This document shows positions 1 through 10,377 of a stretch of 26,821 nt of DNA, in pieces. Under the pieces are notes generated by a model. That model was not told where the DNA came from. It ran no database searches and saw only the letters and a list, made by a program, of their open reading frames with translations. The stretch lies in the IMG/VR virus record IMGVR_UViG_2740892230_000038; one strand, written 5' to 3'. The DNA is from a virus (Duplodnaviria > Heunggongvirae > Uroviricota > Caudoviricetes). The stretch's first letter is position 1, and each line of letters opens with the position of its first letter. Both the position numbers and the translations under genes were made by a program.

Positions 1-1083
1 ATGAAAAAATTAACAGTGGCAATTTCTGCTGTAGCTGCATCAGTACTGATGGCGATGTCTGCTCAGGCAGCTGAAATTTATAATAAAGACAGTAACAAGC
101 TGGATCTGTACGGGAAAGTTAATGCTAAGCACTACTTCTCCTCTAATGATGCAGATGATGGTGATACTACTTATGCCCGTCTTGGCTTCAAAGGTGAAAC
201 CCAAATCAACGATCAACTGACTGGTTTCGGTCAGTGGGAATATGAATTCAAAGGCAACCGCGCTGAATCTCAAGGTTCCTCCAAAGACAAAACCCGTCTT
301 GCATTTGCAGGCCTGAAATTCGGTGACTACGGCTCAATCGATTACGGCCGTAACTACGGTGTAGCATACGACATCGGTGCGTGGACTGACGTTCTGCCAG
401 AATTCGGTGGCGATACCTGGACCCAAACAGATGTATTCATGACTGGTCGCACCACAGGTGTTGCAACTTATCGTAACAACGACTTCTTTGGTCTGGTTGA
501 TGGCCTGAACTTTGCAGCTCAGTATCAGGGCAAAAATGACCGAAATGAAGTAACTGAAGCTAATGGCGATGGTTTCGGTTTCTCAACTACTTATGAGTAT
601 GAAGGATTCGGCGTGGGTGCAACCTATGCTAAATCTGATCGCACTAATAATCAGGTTATCTACGGTAACAACGGTCTGAATGCTTCTGGTCAAAATGCTG
701 AAGTATGGGCAGCTGGTCTGAAATATGATGCGAACAACATCTATCTGGCCACCACCTATTCTGAAACCCAGAACATGACTGTTTTTGGTAATAACCATAT
801 TGCCAACAAAGCACAAAACTTCGAAGCTGTTGCACAATATCAGTTCGACTTCGGCCTGCGTCCATCCGTTGCTTACCTGCATTCTAAAGGAAAAGACTTG
901 GGTGTTTGGGGTGATCAGGACCTGGTTGAATATGTTGATGTAGGTGCAACCTATTACTTCAACAAAAATATGTCCACTTTTGTTGACTACAAAATCAACC
1001 TGATTGATAAGAGCGATTTCACGAAAGCATCTGGCGTTGCTACCGATGATATCGTTGCTGTAGGTATGGTTTACCAGTTCTAA
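1..1083 (+). CDS. nmpC: Outer-membrane general porin, OmpC/NmpC family (prophage-borne)
   Basis: 360-aa ORF beginning at base 1; signal peptide [23 protein letters not shown]; porin-like beta-barrel sequence ending ...VGMVYQF; convergent with Q as in DLP12. Confidence 0.85.
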   Translation: MKKLTVAISAVAASVLMAMSAQAAEIYNKDSNKLDLYGKVNAKHYFSSNDADDGDTTYARLGFKGETQINDQLTGFGQWEYEFKGNRAESQGSSKDKTRLAFAGLKFGDYGSIDYGRNYGVAYDIGAWTDVLPEFGGDTWTQTDVFMTGRTTGVATYRNNDFFGLVDGLNFAAQYQGKNDRNEVTEANGDGFGFSTTYEYEGFGVGATYAKSDRTNNQVIYGNNGLNASGQNAEVWAAGLKYDANNIYLATTYSETQNMTVFGNNHIANKAQNFEAVAQYQFDFGLRPSVAYLHSKGKDLGVWGDQDLVEYVDVGATYYFNKNMSTFVDYKINLIDKSDFTKASGVATDDIVAVGMVYQF

Positions 1084-1220
1084 TTTGATTACTAAAAGAT
1101 ATGTTGTGGGAGGCTTTGCCTCCCCAACATATAAGTGGCTCCCTCAAGCCACTTCCTTTAGAAGCACAACCTTGCTTCTAACTATACAAACCTTCTGTTA
1201 TATATTACCCTTTATTTTTG

Positions 1221-1245
1221 GGGGCGTTTCAACGCCCCATTTTTA
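1221..1245. terminator. Rho-independent terminator hairpin between convergent porin and Q genes
   Basis: Perfect stem ggggcgtt/aacgcccc (1221-1238) followed by attttt; a longer imperfect hairpin lies at 1099-1133. Confidence 0.5.
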
Positions 1246-1271
1246 ATAACTTTTAGTAAATAATTGGCGTA

Positions 1272-1655
1272 TTAATTAGAGTTATTAACAACGATATCCA
1301 TCTCTAACCGGATATCTAATGCCATTAACATCCCTTCAATTATGCCCTCAGCCTTCTGTAACCTTTTCCCGATATAACCATCAGAGCAGCAATGCTTACC
1401 TGCCAGTGACATGAATGTCATACCGACTACATAATAATCTACTAATAAATCGTGCAAATCGCTGTTGTTCTTTTTCAGACGGGCCATGCACCCGCAAATG
1501 ATCATCGCGTCATCGTCACAACATTGCGGGCGAGATTTTACTTTTGAAGTAATTAATCCCTTAAAACCGGCGGCAATGGACGACCAGGTCACATCTTCAT
1601 GATTATTAGCCGCCCACGCTCCCCAACGCTCAAGAACCATCTGAATATCACGCAT
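1272..1655 (-). CDS. quuD: Late-gene antiterminator Q (QuuD-like)
   Basis: 127-aa ORF from ATG at 1655 ([21 protein letters not shown]...); matches recalled DLP12 QuuD; located upstream of the late region. Confidence 0.85.
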   Translation of the reverse strand: MRDIQMVLERWGAWAANNHEDVTWSSIAAGFKGLITSKVKSRPQCCDDDAMIICGCMARLKKNNSDLHDLLVDYYVVGMTFMSLAGKHCCSDGYIGKRLQKAEGIIEGMLMALDIRLEMDIVVNNSN

Positions 1656-1877
1656 CAACTTACTCCACAAAAATCAGACCAGAACGCCAATTACAAGCAA
1701 AAATCAACGAAACAGTATTAGTTGATTGTTATCTCTGACTTCATACTCCTGCTCCTGTCAGGGTTTTGGCGTAATTCTTCAGTATTCGGTAATCGGTCAA
1801 AACAGAACCGGGGAAACGATATAAGCGCAGACGCCCCCAGCGGTGGCGAAGACGTTCTGCCATATAAAACTCAAACA

Positions 1878-2239
1878 TCATTCATTCCCCATTTCGGTGA
1901 TGGTCAGTTCCAGCCTCCCACCTTTGGTAACAGGCATCTTCACAACGCGGTAATCAACGACCTGAGCATCATCCAGCCAGAAACCTGCTTTAGTGAGTGC
2001 GTCAAAAGCGGCTTTTTGCAGATTATCCAGGTCACGGCGACGGCGATCCGGCATGTGGCACTCAATGCGGATTTTCACAGGCATAGCCAGGCCGATATCC
2101 AGCATTGCGTTTTTAATGATTCGGGCGACGTTATCGCGGTATGCCTGCCCCTCGCGCTGACGTGCGTGCGCCCGCGATTATGGCGGTAATAGCGATTATT
2201 GCTCGGAGGCCAGGGTAATGTGATGCTGTAGGTATTCAC
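1878..2239 (-). pseudogene. rusA: Holliday-junction resolvase RusA, apparently frameshifted
   Basis: N-terminal 29 codons ([32 protein letters not shown] at 2239) are in one frame; the C-terminal 75-aa ORF ([28 protein letters not shown]...) is in the +1 frame; consistent with loss of one G near 2152-2155 relative to recalled rusA. Confidence 0.6.
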
Positions 2240-2526
2240 GCCTTAATAACCCCCTCTTTCAGCCAGATAACCTGTGTTCTCGCCATACCTTCCAGCGCGC
2301 ATTCTTTTGCATATGCAGCATCGACAAAATGTGTGCGGCGGTCGATTTCGTCGTGGCAGGCAGAACATGCAATGGTGGCAATCAGGTCTGGCGGTTTGGT
2401 ACCGGTGCCGCACAATCCAGTCAGCCGGATATGTGCCAGTACAGACGTTTCAGGGTTGCCATTACATACGCCAGGGATTCTTACCTGGCATTCCCGACTA
2501 CGCGCTGCTTTTCTCAAATCAGCCAT
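2236..2526 (-). CDS. ybcO: YbcO-like protein (DUF1364, putative nuclease)
   Basis: [29 protein letters not shown]... with Cys-rich motifs; stop overlaps rusA GTG start (GTGA); nin-region position. Confidence 0.75.
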   Translation of the reverse strand: MADLRKAARSRECQVRIPGVCNGNPETSVLAHIRLTGLCGTGTKPPDLIATIACSACHDEIDRRTHFVDAAYAKECALEGMARTQVIWLKEGVIKA

Positions 2527-2689
2527 GATTCCTCCTTGCTGCCAGTCGCAACCATTTTTTATCAACCAGGCTGGCGGTATATCCGAGCAGTGTTGGTATT
2601 TCGGAAGGCTTCAGCTCCGGTTTACGCTTACGACGATCTGGTACTCTGTAGATGTGTCCGTTCATGACACGAATAAGCGGTGTAGCCAT
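2519..2689 (-). CDS. ninE: NinE-like small protein
   Basis: 56-codon [59 protein letters not shown] translated by hand; start overlaps ninB stop (TAATG); not in the ORF track (below 60 aa). Confidence 0.6.
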   Translation of the reverse strand: MATPLIRVMNGHIYRVPDRRKRKPELKPSEIPTLLGYTASLVDKKWLRLAARRNHG

Positions 2690-3144
2690 TACGCCTCCTG
2701 CTTGTCGCGGAGCAGCTGGAACTCGCAGCTCTGCGGAATAGTCAGGTGGCAGCCAATATTCACCGCCCAGGCTTCAACCTTACACAGGAAGACATACATC
2801 TCTCCGGTATCAAGATCGGAGGTATGGCGTAACGACTGGATAGTGGTGATATCACCGGTTACGACATCAACCAGGTCTTTGGTTTCATAACCGAGATATG
2901 TGTGTTTGAGAGCATCTTTTACCCAAGCTGGAGTAGCGAACGTTTTACCCCTGCTGATGAGGTATTCACTGATTTCGCTGTACCACATGTGGCTGAGTGC
3001 ATTCTGGGAAAGACTGCGTTTCTCACGCCACGGTTTAAGCACCATGCGAAAGCATTTGCCCTCCTCCAGATAAGGCTGGATCTGCCGACCGATAGCGGTG
3101 AAGTTACCGCGATGTAATTTGATGCCATCTTGTGGGAGATTCAC
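2689..3144 (-). CDS. ybcN: NinB-family recombination protein (YbcN)
   Basis: 151-aa [64 protein letters not shown]... matching recalled NinB/YbcN. Confidence 0.8.
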   Translation of the reverse strand: MNLPQDGIKLHRGNFTAIGRQIQPYLEEGKCFRMVLKPWREKRSLSQNALSHMWYSEISEYLISRGKTFATPAWVKDALKHTYLGYETKDLVDVVTGDITTIQSLRHTSDLDTGEMYVFLCKVEAWAVNIGCHLTIPQSCEFQLLRDKQEA

Positions 3145-3338
3145 GCTTCACCTCCGCAGAGGTCAAACGCTGGATACAATATATCGCAGGTGCATTTCTG
3201 CATCTGTGAATGGAGAAGATAGGTTGGTTTGTATGTGCGCATAAACGTCCCCGTTTAGCGCAGAAGTCACCGGAGTTGTTCAGGCTCCAATGGCATGATT
3301 ATGGCTGGTTGATTATTGGAAATCAAATGTGCTGAAAA

Positions 3339-3848
3339 TTAGTCTGCCAAGTCTTCCTCAGTCGCAACTGGGTAATTCCAAATATCAAAAAAAGCTATAG
3401 CCTCCTGCCATTTGCTCCATAAGTTATCAAGTACTTGTGTAGGTTCCGTACTTTTAAAAACAGAATCAGCCGCATCACCGTTATGAACTTCCTCGTACAG
3501 TTCCATTATTAGCAGATTAACAAAGTACTGTTTCAACATTAATGCCTGATTACCTTCTTTCTGCTGGCTATCCTGCTTGATGATCTCCATCGCCCGTACT
3601 AGGCACCTGATGATATCCGCTGCATCATTAACGCTCCATTCAGATCCGCGCTTATCTTTAGCTGATGAATTGGCTCTCTCAGCGCAAGCCTTTAAAGACT
3701 CATAAAGGTAAACTCTATTTTGTAGCTGCAGCGCTTTTTTTGACGTGTACCAACTTGCAAGCGCCGACCCCGCTGCGGCTAATGTGCCAAACGCAGAAAT
3801 ACCTGCTGCTATTGCACTTAAGTCGGCACTGTCAAAGTTCCACATCAT
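3339..3848 (-). CDS. Hypothetical protein with N-terminal hydrophobic segment
   Basis: 169-aa ORF; tandem ATG start preceded by aaggtg SD; hydrophobic stretch LSAIAAGISAFGTLAAAGSALASW; no recognisable family. Confidence 0.5.
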   Translation of the reverse strand: MMWNFDSADLSAIAAGISAFGTLAAAGSALASWYTSKKALQLQNRVYLYESLKACAERANSSAKDKRGSEWSVNDAADIIRCLVRAMEIIKQDSQQKEGNQALMLKQYFVNLLIMELYEEVHNGDAADSVFKSTEPTQVLDNLWSKWQEAIAFFDIWNYPVATEEDLAD

Positions 3849-4517
3849 CGTTACACCTTATATAAATACCCCTCAGTAATATCCAATAAGGTATGTGCAC
3901 AATCAATATAATTTTATCCGTATCGGCACATAGCGATTTGAAGGCTACTGGTAATGGTATATTTTAGATTATATCGTCCAGTTTACAGCACCCGTATTTT
4001 ATGAAATGGACTCGCATATTACCCAAAAAATGCCAGCACTTCCGTCATCGTAGAATGCTGGCAGTATTTCTAACTAGTGACTTTATTGGAACAGATTCTG
4101 ACGGAAATATGGTAACACTCGACTCCACTTATCATCCAGCCACGGCTGGAATTTTACATGTGCCGTTTATCTGGCGAGGATTGCTCGCGCTCTGTTGAGT
4201 ATCTGGGGATATTCATGCTCGATAGAAGTAAAGCGGCCGGCTTCGCGGTGCTCCGCAACCTGAAGTAGTGGAGTAACGTTCTGGCAGGCAGTTAACATCA
4301 CATCACCTGCTCGCCATAACCAAGCACGTGCACAAAGTTTGTTATCAGTGAATTGTTTTGTGATTGGGTATTGTTGAACTGCTAGAACGAGAACGCCAGC
4401 ATCCATTGGCAGTCCCTATAGTAAAACCATAGCTCAGGACGCTTCGTTCAGGATAGATAATTTTATTGTACTTACCTAACTTTCTTACTATAGCACGGTT
4501 GAAAAAGTGATTATTAC

Positions 4518-6044
4518 TCAAAAATAAACCTCACCATCAACCATATATTTGAGAGTACTTATCGCCTGCTGGGCGGATATTGTTTTCATTAAAGGATAGT
4601 GTTTAAAAACAATGCCATTCATAAAATAGATATCACAGGTTTTATTATCTGTATTGATTATGATTTTTTCGAATGTTTTATAGGCAAGTGTACGACATAG
4701 CTCTCGCCCATTTTTACTGGTTAAGTCAATAGCATGAAAATCACCAAGTGAACTCACCGCTTTACTCTTCAAAGTTTTTAATGATACAGAAGCCCTTCGT
4801 AATTCCTTATCTAATACTCTGATTTTTTCTGCTATAGCGGTAACTTCAGGCGCAACAGATAATGCAGCAATTAAATTATTAATTTTCATCTGGAGCTCAA
4901 TAATTTTCAACTCTAAAGTTTCATTAGCATCTTTCTTGTTTTCAACTGGTTGGATTTTACTACAATTAAAAAGCAACTCATTAATGATATTATAATCAAC
5001 CAAATCTCTCTTTATTGATGGCCTGTCACATCGATGCAGTCTTCTCATCGGACAAACATAATAGCCATGCAAACTTCCAGATACCGCATGAACAATCATG
5101 GTATTACCACAAGCCTCGCACTTCATAACTGTTCGAAGTAGATTTATCAACATAGGATTTTTGCTACTATTGCTAATACCAAAAGGTGCCAACCGAATTT
5201 CCTGCACAGCGTAAAACAAATCATCTGATATGACTCTGGGATAATAGCCAGCGATTTCACTTATTCCTTTACCTCTTGCACGATATGAAGGTACGCATAT
5301 ACCTATCAGAGCTTTATTCGCTAATAATTTTTCAATTACAGAAGGTCCCCATGCACTTTCTTTTCCTGAGAAATTCTTTACAGCATGATCATTTAAATAC
5401 TTGGCTATTGCATTCAATGAGCGCCTTTCCATCCTGAGTTTAAAAATTAGCTCAATAGTTTTCACCCTGTCGGGGTCTGGAACAAAAGCCGTTCTTTTGT
5501 CATCCAATGAGAGCCATCTCGGACAAGACGCCGTCATAATCGTGCCTGACTCCAGTGCATCCTGCCGTTTTTTCTTCCATGATAATTTAACCCGACTTGA
5601 CTTTATCTCGCTTTCTTCATTTGCCCTTTGTGCTATAAGTATGGCTTTTATTAATGAATATGGCTCATTCAATGAGTCAATATTATAGACTGTATTATCG
5701 CAAAGAGTTATAACATCAATACCGTGATTCAAAATCAATTTCAGACGCTCAATCGCTTCACCGACTTTTTCTCTTGAAAGTCTGTCCAGACTTTCAACTA
5801 ACAATGTAGTCCCTGGCAATATATAACCATGTTCTATAGCATCTAAAAATTCCGAAAAAGCTCCTGATTGTGCATGCTTTCCATTGAATGCGCTTAACCC
5901 CAAATCTTCATACGTTACGGTATCAAGGTAATAATCACTATTTACCTTTAGCCATTCAGTAATAAGCCTTCTCTGGCGGTTTAATGAATCACCAGACATC
6001 TGACCTGGTGATGAAAATCGCATATATGCTATGGCTTTTTTCAT
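4518..6044 (-). CDS. ybcK: Large serine recombinase (YbcK-like)
   Basis: 508-aa ORF; N-terminal resolvase-type catalytic region MKKAIAYMRFSSPGQMSGDSLNRQ...; Cys-rich recombinase zinc-ribbon region; coiled-coil C-terminus. Confidence 0.85.
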   Translation of the reverse strand: MKKAIAYMRFSSPGQMSGDSLNRQRRLITEWLKVNSDYYLDTVTYEDLGLSAFNGKHAQSGAFSEFLDAIEHGYILPGTTLLVESLDRLSREKVGEAIERLKLILNHGIDVITLCDNTVYNIDSLNEPYSLIKAILIAQRANEESEIKSSRVKLSWKKKRQDALESGTIMTASCPRWLSLDDKRTAFVPDPDRVKTIELIFKLRMERRSLNAIAKYLNDHAVKNFSGKESAWGPSVIEKLLANKALIGICVPSYRARGKGISEIAGYYPRVISDDLFYAVQEIRLAPFGISNSSKNPMLINLLRTVMKCEACGNTMIVHAVSGSLHGYYVCPMRRLHRCDRPSIKRDLVDYNIINELLFNCSKIQPVENKKDANETLELKIIELQMKINNLIAALSVAPEVTAIAEKIRVLDKELRRASVSLKTLKSKAVSSLGDFHAIDLTSKNGRELCRTLAYKTFEKIIINTDNKTCDIYFMNGIVFKHYPLMKTISAQQAISTLKYMVDGEVYF

Positions 6045-6299
6045 GGTGACACCTGCTAAAGTATGCTTTTATAAACCTTAGTGGTGAGATATGATTTTTG
6101 TTTAATTTTTATTTAAAAAGACAATTAAGGTCACATTATCTTAAATATACAACAATAATCGTATTGCAATTTTCTTACACCATAATCCTGAAAGCACAAA
6201 AGAATGAATAAAAACTAAAGACATTAACAAAAAGCATAAAACGAGGCCCATATAAATATACGAACCTCCATATTTTAGTCGTTTAAAAACAAATTATTT

Positions 6300-6632
6300 T
6301 TAATGTGGTGTGCTTCGTGACAATAAATTAATAACCAACACACCGGCACAAATCAACATCATGCCTATAATGGCTGGCAGGTCCAACCGTTGGCCGAAAA
6401 ATCCCCATGATAGTAAGCTAATCAGGACAATACCGACTCCTGACCAGATAGCATAAGCAATCCCTGTAGGTATATAAGCCAGCGTCTGAGCTAATAACCA
6501 GAATGATGCACAATAACAAATAATTGTACCAACAGATGGCCATAACCGTGTAAAACCTTCTGAAAACTTCATTAAGGTTGTACCAATGACCTCTGCAAGT
6601 ATTGCACCACCAAGATAAATATAAGGATTCAT
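6300..6632 (-). CDS. emrE: Small multidrug resistance efflux protein EmrE
   Basis: 110 aa from MNPYIYLGGAILAEVIGTTLMKFSEGFTRLWPSVG...; four hydrophobic helices; matches recalled EmrE. Confidence 0.9.
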   Translation of the reverse strand: MNPYIYLGGAILAEVIGTTLMKFSEGFTRLWPSVGTIICYCASFWLLAQTLAYIPTGIAYAIWSGVGIVLISLLSWGFFGQRLDLPAIIGMMLICAGVLVINLLSRSTPH

Positions 6633-6699
6633 AGCATATTCTTTCCTGTTCAAACTGGAGAGAATTGTACTACAGTTTGAACTCAACTCACCTGTTTCA

Positions 6700-7002
6700 T
6701 CATTGTGTACCCATTGATGTTCTTTTATATACCCTCAATACCCGTTTCATCGCGGCACTCTGGCGACACTCCTTAAAAATCAAATTCGTGCTCACCTTTC
6801 CTTCCCATTCTTCTCTGGTAGCGAACCGATAATACACCGTTCGCCAGACCTTACCATCAACGACCAGGATTCCTGCCCGCGCCATTTTAGCCGCAGCCTG
6901 ATTTATGCTGGTTACCGTTGCGCCTGTTACCGCGGCAACGTCCTGCGCACAGAATTTCTTATGAGTCCCCAGGTAATGAATAATTGCCTCTTTGCCCGTC
7001 AT
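6700..7002 (-). CDS. ren: Ren-like protein
   Basis: MTGKEAIIHYLGTHKKFCAQDVAAVTGATVTSINQAAAKMARAGILVVDGKVWRTVYYRF... closely matches recalled lambda Ren; start overlaps P stop (ATGA). Confidence 0.8.
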   Translation of the reverse strand: MTGKEAIIHYLGTHKKFCAQDVAAVTGATVTSINQAAAKMARAGILVVDGKVWRTVYYRFATREEWEGKVSTNLIFKECRQSAAMKRVLRVYKRTSMGTQ

Positions 7003-8006
7003 ACCCTTGCTCCTTTCAGCCCAAACTTAGCTTTAATTTCTGCGATCTTCGCCAGCGCCTGAACACGATTTAGAGGTCTGCCGCCCATGACAGGAAGTTG
7101 TTTTACTGGTTCAGGGATCGCCTCACCACGGTTAATTCTCGCAGTCATATGGACAAGCTCATCTGCGGCCTTACGGCGTAATTCCGCATCAGTAAGCGCA
7201 TTGGCCCGCATGTTCTGATACAGGTTGGTAACCAGCCAGTAGTGCGCGTTTGATTTCCACGGATAAGACTCCGCATCCGGATACAGGCCTCGCTTCCGGC
7301 AATACTNNNNNNNNNNTATCGTCTCACCACGGTTAATTCGCGCTGTCATACAGGTCAGTTCATCGGCAGCCTTGCGCCGTAATTCCGCGTCAGTCAGCGC
7401 ATTGGCCCGCATGTTCTGGTACAAGTTGGTAACCAACCAGTAATGCGCGTTCGATTTCCACGGATAAGACTCTGCATCCGGATACAGGCCTCGCTTCCGG
7501 CAATACTCGTAAACCATATCAACCAGCTCGCTGACGTTTGGCAGTCCGGCGATAACGGATGCTTCTTCCCGGCACCATGCAACAAACTGCCCGGGTGATG
7601 GCAGAAATGGTCGATTCTGCCGACGGGCTACGCGCATTCNNNNNNNNNNCCCGGCGTTAACAGATGCTTCTTCCCGGCACCAGGCGACAAACTGCCCGGG
7701 TGATGGCAGGAATGGTCGATTCTGCCGACGGGCTACGCGCATTCCAGCGTTAACCTGTTCCATTGTGGTGATCCCGTTTTCCCGGAAAGCCAGAACCCAC
7801 TGGCGGCGGATTTCGTTCAGTTCATTCTGGTCACGGTTAGCCAGGCTCGCCGGGAAAGTTGCCAGTAACTGGCTGAACACACCGTTGATGATCTGCGCTA
7901 CCTGCTGTACCTGTGGCTTTTCGTCGTACTGTTCCGGCATGTTGTTGGCGATCCTACGCATCTGCTCACGGTCAAAGTTAACCATCTGTGCGGCGATGTT
8001 TTTCAT
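6999..8006 (-). CDS. P: Replication protein P (DnaB loader); reading frame inflated by two N10 runs and duplicated variant blocks
   Basis: MKNIAAQMVNFDREQMRRIANNMPEQYDEKPQVQQVAQIINGVFSQLLATFP... to ...AKIAEIKAKFGLKGARV matches recalled lambda P; N-runs at 7307-7316 and 7640-7649 each flanked by variant repeats of the same P segment. Confidence 0.8.
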   Translation of the reverse strand: MKNIAAQMVNFDREQMRRIANNMPEQYDEKPQVQQVAQIINGVFSQLLATFPASLANRDQNELNEIRRQWVLAFRENGITTMEQVNAGMRVARRQNRPFLPSPGQFVAWCREEASVNAGXXXXMRVARRQNRPFLPSPGQFVAWCREEASVIAGLPNVSELVDMVYEYCRKRGLYPDAESYPWKSNAHYWLVTNLYQNMRANALTDAELRRKAADELTCMTARINRGETIXXXXYCRKRGLYPDAESYPWKSNAHYWLVTNLYQNMRANALTDAELRRKAADELVHMTARINRGEAIPEPVKQLPVMGGRPLNRVQALAKIAEIKAKFGLKGARV

Positions 8007-9372
8007 AAATCCACCCCGTAAATCCAGTCAGTGTTTGTCAGGTCGAGTTTTGGTTTTCCAGCTGTCACGCCAGCCTGTTGCTTGTTACGGTTGANNNNNN
8101 NNNNATCCACCCCGTAAATCCAGTCTGTGTTTGTCAGGTCGAGTTTTGGTTTGCTGGCTGTCACGACTGCCTGTTGCTTGTTACGGTTGATTTCGAGCTG
8201 GGTCCACTTGTCGCGGANNNNNNNNNNGCCGGCTATCACGCCAGCCTGTTGCTTGTTTCGGTTGATTTCGAGCTGGGTCCACTTGTCGCGGAGTTTGGCC
8301 GGACTTAGCACGTTACCGGACCAGAAGTTGTCCTGGCATGCCCAGCGGAACAGCACGCACATGTCGCGGTGGTTACGTCCGTCACGTTCACGCATCAGGC
8401 GGATATCGTTAGCCCACCCTGCAAAATTCGGTTTTCTGGCTGATGGCGCGATGGTCTTCACCATGTCAAACATCCACTCTGCGGCGGTCAGGTCTTCTGC
8501 TGTCCCCCACTTGCTGCCGCTCTGAATCGCAGCATCCGGTTTCACCACAGGAAGGGCATTTTCTGGCTGGTCAGAGGATTCGTCAGAATTCTCGGACGAA
8601 AAAGGTTTTATATTGTCTTTTGTTAGTTTGTCTTTTGTGTTTACCTGATTCGGGTAAGTGCCTTTACCTGATTTGGGTAAACTTTTCTTACCTGACTCAG
8701 GTAAATTTACCTCTTTCAGGTAAACTTTATNNNNNNNNNNACGCCTTTACCTGATGTGGGTAAACTTTTTTTACCTGATTCAGGTAAATTTACCTCTTTC
8801 AGGTAAACTTTATTTTTCTTACCTGATTCGGGTAATGTTGACCATTCACTGACCACATTATTGATGCCGATATTCCGCCCGCTCTGAATAAGAATCCCAC
8901 GCTTTACCAGAACGCTTTTTGCAGCAGAACACTTGTGCGGCAATATCCNNNNNNNNNNAATGCCGGTATTCCGCCCGCTCTGAATAAAAATCCCACGCTT
9001 TACCAGAACACTTTTTGCAGCAGAACACTTGTGCGGCAATATCCCGGTTAATTCGGAAAGTTGCTCGTTGCTAACCCAATCCAGTTTTTTATTAAAGCCA
9101 TATGTTTTGCGCATGACAGCCAGAAAGACCAGAAGCTGGTGCTGTGTTAATCCGGCCAGCATCACAGCTTCCAGCAACTCATTTGCAATGCGCGTATAAC
9201 CATCATCGAGATCTGCCACGCGCGGCTCCTTTTGTACCGCATCCGGCACTGGAAAATTGAATATCTCAGCAGTGTTTGCCATAATTCCTCCCGCAATGAG
9301 TGTGTTACGATTTGCACCTGAAAGTCGGTTCTGTTCCAGCAGACCGGCTTTCGCCATTTCTGAACCTGTCAT
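8003..9372 (-). CDS. O: Replication initiator O, mosaic: non-lambda iteron-binding N-terminus, lambda-like C-terminus; interrupted by N10 runs
   Basis: C-terminal part (...VKPDAAIQSGSKWGTAEDLTAAEWMFDMVKTIAPSARKPNFAGW...TNTDWIYGVDL) matches recalled lambda O; N-terminal part (MANTAEIFNFPVPDAVQKEPRVADLDDGYTRIANELLEAVMLAGLTQHQLLVFLAVMRKTYG...) differs from lambda; iterons embedded in the coding sequence. Confidence 0.7.
8641..8835. repeat. Origin iterons (17-bp TTACCTGANNCGGGTAA-type repeats) inside the O gene
   Basis: ttacctgattcgggtaa, ttacctgatttgggtaa, ttacctgactcaggtaa, ttacctctttcaggtaa and further copies; adjacent AT-rich tract 8600-8640; copy count inflated by the N-run at 8731-8740. 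Confidence 0.6.
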
Positions 9373-10125
9373 ATTGCCCCCAGCATGGTGGTGACCATCG
9401 CCATCAGTGGACCAGCCAGATCCGGGTCCACACGAAACATCGACACAATGCCTTCACTCATCTCCTTCAGTTTCTGGTGGCGTGGTGCGTTGAGAANNNN
9501 NNNNNNCGCCCCCAGCATGGTAGTAACCATCGCCATCAATGGACCAGCCAGATCTGGGTCCACACGAAACATCGACACAATACCTTCACTAATTTCCTTC
9601 AGTTTCTGGTGGCGTGGTGCGTTGAGAATGACAGCCTGTTTTGCCTCACTGAGTTCCTTTTCCATTTCAGCCAACCTAGCCATGAAGCTATCCTGCTCAA
9701 CCAGGTAACCGCGATATTCCAGCGGTAGTACCGCCAGAATTGNNNNNNNNNNGCCGAGCCATGAAGCTATCCTGCCCAACCAGGTGGCCGCGATATTCCA
9801 GCGGTAGTACCGCCAGAATTGCCGGGGTCAGTTCACGCACGTTATTTCGGTATTTTTCAGAATCGAATTTGTTATCGAGGAAGCGGAACAGCTTCTGGCG
9901 TGCACGGCTGACATCATCAGGGAAATCGATGGTGCCGCCGCCCTGCTCCCGATACTCATTCACAATGAGTGTGGCAACGACATCCTGATTATCTACAGCC
10001 GACCAGGCGCGGACGGCATCACGGATTTTTTCGTGGCCTGGCACCTGTTTTGTTTGAGAACGATTTATCACCGCAGTCGGGCTAAATCCGCTAGTCTGTT
10101 GGTATGTAAGTGATTGCATAGTCAT
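9369..10125 (-). CDS. YdaT-like protein at the cII position; frame interrupted by N10 runs and duplicated blocks
   Basis: MTMQSLTYQQTSGFSPTAVINRSQ... with motif TPAILAVLPLEYRGHL resembling recalled Rac YdaT; between the cro-like gene and O; stop overlaps O start (ATGA). Confidence 0.5.
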
Positions 10126-10149
10126 TGCCTTATCAGTTAACGCCGCAGT

Positions 10150-10377
10150 TTAGGCGGCAGAATTACTCGCGTTAAACAATGGTGCGAGGTCGGGACGAAT
10201 ATCTGCTGGTTTAATCTTTCCACCAGTGGCTGAGACAATTTTCATTACATAGCGGGCATCAATTCCGCCACCGTGTAGCCAACGCCAAACAGTGGGTTGG
10301 GCTACACCGCATAGATCTGCCAGTCGTTTTTGACTACCTGTAATACTGATTGCGAGTTGAATGGTTTGATTTGTCAT
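10150..10377 (-). CDS. Cro-like/YdaS-like HTH regulator (immunity type 1)
   Basis: MTNQTIQLAISITGSQKRLADLCGVAQPTVWRWLHGGG...; small HTH protein divergent from a cI-like gene. Confidence 0.6.
   Translation of the reverse strand: MTNQTIQLAISITGSQKRLADLCGVAQPTVWRWLHGGGIDARYVMKIVSATGGKIKPADIRPDLAPLFNASNSAA

Noticed and set aside
1722-2189. 155-aa + strand ORF in the six-frame track
   Set aside because: Lies antisense across rusA and the region upstream of Q, with no SD or conservation signal; treated as a shadow ORF. Likewise 40-273, 583-882 and 656-865 (inside the porin gene), 5401-5688 (inside ybcK), 2274-2890 + frames (antisense to ybcO/ninE/ninB), 20322-20877 and 21003-21493 minus frames (antisense to bet/exo).
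4001-4406. Small ORFs 4001-4198 (+) and 4167-4406 (-) in the ninB-ybcK interval
   Set aside because: Mutually overlapping; the minus-strand one has a possible SD, but neither has recognisable features or comparative support, so not listed as genes.
8641-8835. Regularly spaced 17-bp direct/inverted repeats that could be mistaken for a CRISPR array
   Set aside because: Repeats are palindromic iterons lying inside the O coding sequence next to an AT-rich tract, typical of a lambdoid replication origin; no cas genes or unique spacers of uniform length. Same reasoning for the ori-lambda iterons at 13101-13186.
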